Positions 59,746-64,000 of a stretch of 64,000 nucleotides of DNA are shown here, piece by piece. The translations under genes and the position numbers were made by a program. The DNA comes from Candidatus Porifericomitaceae bacterium. Its GTDB lineage: Bacteria; Pseudomonadota; Gammaproteobacteria; Porifericomitales; Porifericomitaceae. The stretch lies in NCBI GenBank assembly GCA_965212005.1, contig OZ243038.1, positions 1,601,440 through 1,665,439 on the forward strand. Reading direction: 5' to 3'. Position 1 is the stretch's first letter; each line of letters starts with the position of its first letter. The notes below the pieces were generated by a model. The model saw only the letters and a program-made list of their open reading frames with translations. It ran no database searches and was not told the DNA's origin.

Positions 59746-61533
59746 ATGCGCCCGATCCACTGGTTACATCTTTCCGACCTTCACATGAGAGAGCGAGACT
59801 CGTGGTCTCAGGATATAGTTCTCAAGGCAATGCATGATCATATTTATAAGGATTTTTCTGAAGGTATTAAAGCAGACTTTATTCTCGTGACGGGAGATCT
59901 TACTTTTTCCGGTAGGGCTACTGAATACCGCTTGGTGGAGGAGTTTTTCGATGCACTCAGCATAGCATCAAGAGTCACGAAGGAATCTATATACTGTATT
60001 CCCGGAAATCACGATATTGATCGCGATCGTAATAAACTATGTTTTGAGGGTGCTCGTAAAGTTCTGCAAAACATGAGCGCGGTTGATAGTCTTCTCGAAG
60101 GGCAAGATGATTTGGAGACGCTGGCCACACGACAGGAAAACTACCGAAGATTTCAAGAGGCATATTTTTCAGAACAGAAGAGAATTGGTACAGAAGATCA
60201 GCTTGGATACGTTTCAAGAATCACACTTGACGACGTGCACATAGCGATTGTTGGACTGAATTCAGCTTGGTTGGCAGAAGGCGGCCTAGCTGATCATGGA
60301 AAACTCCTAATCGGTGAACGACAGGTAATCAATGCTATTAACTTAATCAAGAAACACGATCAACGTCCTCACATAATTATTGGCATGGCTCATCATCCTC
60401 TTCATCTTCTCTGTGAGTTTGATCGTAGGCCAGTCCAAAATCGTATTGAAGAATTTTGCCACTTTTTTCACTTTGGACATTTACATCAGTCCGAAACTCG
60501 CACATCAGGATTCAGTGGCTCCGGTTGCCTGACACTTGGTGCCGGTGCATCGTTTGAGACGCGCCAGTCTCACAATAGCTATTCTGTCGTTACACTCGAT
60601 TTATTGCAGGCACTTCGGACAGTTATGACTATCAAGTTTGATCCGAACAATAGTATGTTCTCGTCTACTGCTTCCGAAGAATATCGCATTGAAGTGAACC
60701 CGCAAGATATCTATGGTGTGGACGAACTTGCAGGGACCATGAAAGGTTATTGCACTTCACTTGGTCAATGGCCTCATTATCTATCGGCTCTGTTATTGGG
60801 TCAGAAGTCGGAAGTACTCATTTGCACATCAGACGATTATGCATTTGGATCGCTTGCCGTTTCTCAGGCGCCTCCTGTTAGTGATTTACAGGAAAAAACA
60901 AACAGCTTCATGGCGTTTAAAAATGTACTATGTGTATTGCACAAGGACATTCCCCTTGCAGATATCTTTACCCGTTATGGCGATATGGTTCGTGAATATG
61001 GAGTCGTTTTAGAGCAGATAAGCAATGCACAACCGAACATCAAGGCTCGTTTGCTGGAATATGAAGATGATGCGAGAAAACTGGTGAATGCTAATCGCCT
61101 CGAATTTTTCTCTTACACCTTCTCTCTTCTTGACAATCTAGCTTACACGAAAGATTGGGGGCTCTTACGTGAGCAGGCACAACGCCATATTAGTTCATAT
61201 AATTCAAAATTAGCCGCCCATGCAAAACGAATGTTAGCTCTTAGCTTGGCTAATTCATATGAAGAAGAAGACAAAAATAACGCGATCAAACTTTATCAGT
61301 CGCTGATTGAAAGTGGCGTTGTAGAATTCACTGATGTGGGCAATTTTTCTACACTTCTTATGAATGTTGGAAGGTTAGAAGAAGCCAAAACCGTTACACT
61401 TCGTGGTATTGAACAGTTTCCTGTAGAACATATAAGGTACTTCACTGATATAGGACGCAAAATTGTTGAAGAATCAGGAGATCGTGTGTTTCGCGATGCA
61501 TTGGAGACAATTATCAAAGAGAAAAAATTATGA
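59746..61533 (+). CDS. calcineurin-like metallophosphoesterase with ~270-aa alpha-helical (TPR-like) C-terminal extension
   Basis: Motifs LSDLH (D-x-H), GDLT (GD), GNHD, GHLH; low GC; 100 bp after hsdS. Confidence 0.7.
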   Translation: MRPIHWLHLSDLHMRERDSWSQDIVLKAMHDHIYKDFSEGIKADFILVTGDLTFSGRATEYRLVEEFFDALSIASRVTKESIYCIPGNHDIDRDRNKLCFEGARKVLQNMSAVDSLLEGQDDLETLATRQENYRRFQEAYFSEQKRIGTEDQLGYVSRITLDDVHIAIVGLNSAWLAEGGLADHGKLLIGERQVINAINLIKKHDQRPHIIIGMAHHPLHLLCEFDRRPVQNRIEEFCHFFHFGHLHQSETRTSGFSGSGCLTLGAGASFETRQSHNSYSVVTLDLLQALRTVMTIKFDPNNSMFSSTASEEYRIEVNPQDIYGVDELAGTMKGYCTSLGQWPHYLSALLLGQKSEVLICTSDDYAFGSLAVSQAPPVSDLQEKTNSFMAFKNVLCVLHKDIPLADIFTRYGDMVREYGVVLEQISNAQPNIKARLLEYEDDARKLVNANRLEFFSYTFSLLDNLAYTKDWGLLREQAQRHISSYNSKLAAHAKRMLALSLANSYEEEDKNNAIKLYQSLIESGVVEFTDVGNFSTLLMNVGRLEEAKTVTLRGIEQFPVEHIRYFTDIGRKIVEESGDRVFRDALETIIKEKKL

Positions 61534-63785
61534 CTGAAAAATCCTCATCGTTCCCGATGGGTGTCGAATTCCAAAGCATACTGAGCGCAATTTCCAAGCA
61601 GATATATGAGACACCTTTTGCTTTTATCCGAGAAAATGCCCAGAACGCAGTGGATGCTATTCGTATTCAAGCATACCGAGAAGGACTTGAACCGCGAGAC
61701 GAGCGTTACAGAATTGATGTTACCGCAAGCGATCGGAAAATCATTGTAAGTGATAACGGTATAGGTATGTCGGAGAGCGAACTAAAGAGCTTTTTCTGGA
61801 CGATCGGAGCTAGTGGAAAAAGGACAGAAGAAGCATTTTCTGCAGGTTGCGTTGGTATCTTTGGAATCGGAGGCTTCGCCAACCTCGGTGTTTGTGACAG
61901 ACTAGATGTGATTTCCCGAACAGAAGAGGCTACACATGGAATACGGACGTGGATTTCAGCATCAGACATAAAGGAAGCAGGTTCTACAATCCCTTCTGTG
62001 AGCAGCGAATCCTCTGACACAGTAACGGATAGAGGTACAATTGTAACTGGTCATTTGCGGGAGGTGGTAAATATTGACGAACTCCGCCGCTATTTAGAAA
62101 GTTTCGTACGCTTCACGCCGATTTCGATTTATTTCAATAATCGAAAGTTATCACAGGTTGAATTTTCGAATATCGAGGATAGTGAAAATCTAACCAAGAT
62201 AAAAAATATTGACCAACAATGGGGTGAAGGAAATATTCTAATAACGGGAAAGTTCTACGAGGACAGGGGGCATGCGCTTGTAGCGATGATTAATAATATT
62301 AGTATCAATGGGGAAATTGTCAATTTTATTGGCCAGATCAGATTCGAGAATGGACCGATAGATGTGTTCAAACACGGCTTCAAGCTTTGTGCGACAAAGA
62401 TAGGTAGTGCTATTGGTATATCGGGGCGCATAGATTGTGATCGTTTTTCTCCCACAGCAGGTCGTGATTCGCTGGATGCATCTACAACTAGCCTTTTGAG
62501 TCAGGCCGTTCTAGTACTACAAAAAATCGCAGTTGAGATAGTCCTACAAACACCTGAACGGATCGCTCAGCACACTCGCATATTTAGTTACATCATCAGA
62601 AATGGACTTTTGAGTAAACTTGATAATGTAAAAGTTAATCTCGCAGATGGATCAGAATTGTCCCTTGGCGATATCCGCAGAAAATCAGAAGGAGGCGTTG
62701 GTGTATTTTTTGGGTTCGCGAAAAAAGAGGGCCTGAATCAAATTATGCAGGCACGAGGTCATCTTGTTGTACTTCTATCCTCCGACCGTAACCGCCAGAA
62801 CGCAGAACGCCAGTATCTTGAGCAATACTGCTCTGCGAAACCATTCGATGGAATAGTTGATTGTGCTGAAGATTATGAAAATTTAAGTCGATTTGAGCAG
62901 ATTGTACTCAGCGAATTGGAGCTCAACATCACCACATCGTACGAGATAAAAACCGATCACTTCCGCCTTATTCCAGGAAAGTTGACTGAAGACATACCCG
63001 TTTTTATTAAAGAGGTCAGCGGTAGCCAGAAAATAGACATCTTTGTCGATGTTCGTCACTCAGAAATTGCTAAATTGGAAACTCTTGGGTTTACACAGAT
63101 TCTATACTCGTTGATTGCTACTTTCTGTCGCGAGTACCTCGGCTCGTCCCTCAAAAAATGGAGTCCGCGCTTCTTTGGAGATGGTGCTCTTAATCTTGAG
63201 CTTCTGGCCAAACACCGATCAGAACTTTGGGTATTGGTCAAGGATGATATTGGGGTTGTTCATAGAGGGGGGGAACGGGAAGTTGTAAGACACTCAGATG
63301 TACAGGTCGTTAACGTAAGCGACAGGCAGAACCCGGCAAAGCAATCTTCAGACGAAGAATGCCCACGCATTCTCCACATAATTGATGAGAAAGATACGGT
63401 GAAAATTTCTGGTTACTATATACGACTTCGAGATTCTGCTTTTAAGGCCCACGGTGACCTGATAGTTGGATATGAGAGTCTCGGTGTAGTCTGGGCTGGG
63501 AACAAAGTACTATACGTGGCATCCGACACTTTCAGTGCTACATTTCAATATGAAATCCGTCTAGATAGATTAGTAACTGTTGATTGCGACGGTGAGCTAC
63601 GAGCGGAGGGCGCGATACAACTTGATAAATCCTTGCAACAAATGTTCAATGGTCTGTATTTCTCAATACCTGATTCTTTAGTACCATTTCTTGTGCCTCA
63701 AGGTAATGAAGAAATACGTTTGGAGTTACTCACTGAGTGGTACGACATAAACACCGCTAGACGCTGGACTCCCAAAGAAACATAA
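61530..63785 (+). CDS. Hsp90/HtpG-like GHKL (Bergerat-fold) ATPase, 751 aa
   Basis: N box ENAQNAVDAIR (cf. Hsp90 ELISNASDALDKIR); G1 box IVSDNGIGMSESEL (cf. IVDTGIGMTKADL); TIGASGKR (cf. TIAKSGTK); G2 GIFGIGGFANL; start overlaps the phosphoesterase stop (ATGA). Confidence 0.7.
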   Translation: MTEKSSSFPMGVEFQSILSAISKQIYETPFAFIRENAQNAVDAIRIQAYREGLEPRDERYRIDVTASDRKIIVSDNGIGMSESELKSFFWTIGASGKRTEEAFSAGCVGIFGIGGFANLGVCDRLDVISRTEEATHGIRTWISASDIKEAGSTIPSVSSESSDTVTDRGTIVTGHLREVVNIDELRRYLESFVRFTPISIYFNNRKLSQVEFSNIEDSENLTKIKNIDQQWGEGNILITGKFYEDRGHALVAMINNISINGEIVNFIGQIRFENGPIDVFKHGFKLCATKIGSAIGISGRIDCDRFSPTAGRDSLDASTTSLLSQAVLVLQKIAVEIVLQTPERIAQHTRIFSYIIRNGLLSKLDNVKVNLADGSELSLGDIRRKSEGGVGVFFGFAKKEGLNQIMQARGHLVVLLSSDRNRQNAERQYLEQYCSAKPFDGIVDCAEDYENLSRFEQIVLSELELNITTSYEIKTDHFRLIPGKLTEDIPVFIKEVSGSQKIDIFVDVRHSEIAKLETLGFTQILYSLIATFCREYLGSSLKKWSPRFFGDGALNLELLAKHRSELWVLVKDDIGVVHRGGEREVVRHSDVQVVNVSDRQNPAKQSSDEECPRILHIIDEKDTVKISGYYIRLRDSAFKAHGDLIVGYESLGVVWAGNKVLYVASDTFSATFQYEIRLDRLVTVDCDGELRAEGAIQLDKSLQQMFNGLYFSIPDSLVPFLVPQGNEEIRLELLTEWYDINTARRWTPKET

Positions 63786-64000
63786 ATTTGCCTGAGAATG
63801 TCTGTGGTAACATAAAGAGAATTTTCGCTACCGAGTGCAGTGATTGGATTTCAGATAGGTATAAATTCAAAATCCTCAATGGCTCCACATCGGCAAAGCG
63901 GGTAGATGGAACGTTTACATGCCTTGATTGAGTGAAAAAGTGCCCGCCGATTAGCACGCATGGGCTGGACGGAACCACAGTTACAACCCATTTCCCGGTG

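Overview
This 64 kb window looks like a GC-rich (~62-65%) gammaproteobacterial chromosome segment. No rRNA genes and no CRISPR array were found. The core is housekeeping genes in good synteny, interrupted by three lower-GC or mobile-looking insertions.

Core genes, in order:
- A GldG/ABC-2 type transporter operon: ATPase, permease, GldG-like component and a DUF4340 protein.
- aroQ-accB-accC, a DUF3426 zinc-ribbon protein, then fis-purH-purD.
- metZ, a TauE/SafE exporter, rpoD, gcvH with an alanine/glycine:cation symporter, and a tRNA with CAU anticodon (probably tRNA-Ile2).
- xthA, prlC, rpmE, a thermonuclease, cytochrome c4, a Fe3+ ABC transporter (fbpABC-like), tpx, dgkA, moeB and prmC.
- A probably iron-regulated cluster: TbpB-like lipoprotein, coiled-coil porin, FMN-binding protein and PepSY-TM protein, with Fur-box-like sites in the porin promoter.

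Insertions and accessory regions:
1. A 5' region (1-6300):
   - A truncated AAA_21-type ATPase at the window edge.
   - A secreted TPR protein built from about 12 near-identical 102-bp repeats and flanked by 52-bp direct repeats.
   - An IS91-family transposase remnant.
   - A low-GC islet encoding a PD-(D/E)xK-motif protein.
2. A ~208-bp x ~4 tandem repeat array between moeB and prmC.
3. A ~16 kb low-GC defense island (about 47.7-64 kb) containing:
   - An IS5 transposase remnant and a cupredoxin.
   - An Mrr restriction enzyme bracketed by 17-bp direct repeats.
   - A Dam-methylase/transposase-tail chimeric pseudogene, a NERD nuclease and a DUF2157 membrane protein.
   - A DarT/DarG toxin-antitoxin cassette flanked by a ~100-bp duplication of the hsdM 5' end.
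   - A type I R-M operon (hsdM, hsdS; no hsdR in the window) that carries embedded passenger genes: a frameshifted zeta-toxin-like ATPase, a small ORF and a Fic protein remnant that lacks its catalytic core.
   - After hsdS, a translationally coupled pair encoding a calcineurin-like metallophosphoesterase with a TPR-like C-terminus and a 751-aa Hsp90/GHKL-family ATPase.

The phosphoesterase/GHKL-ATPase pair is the best candidate for an undescribed defense module.
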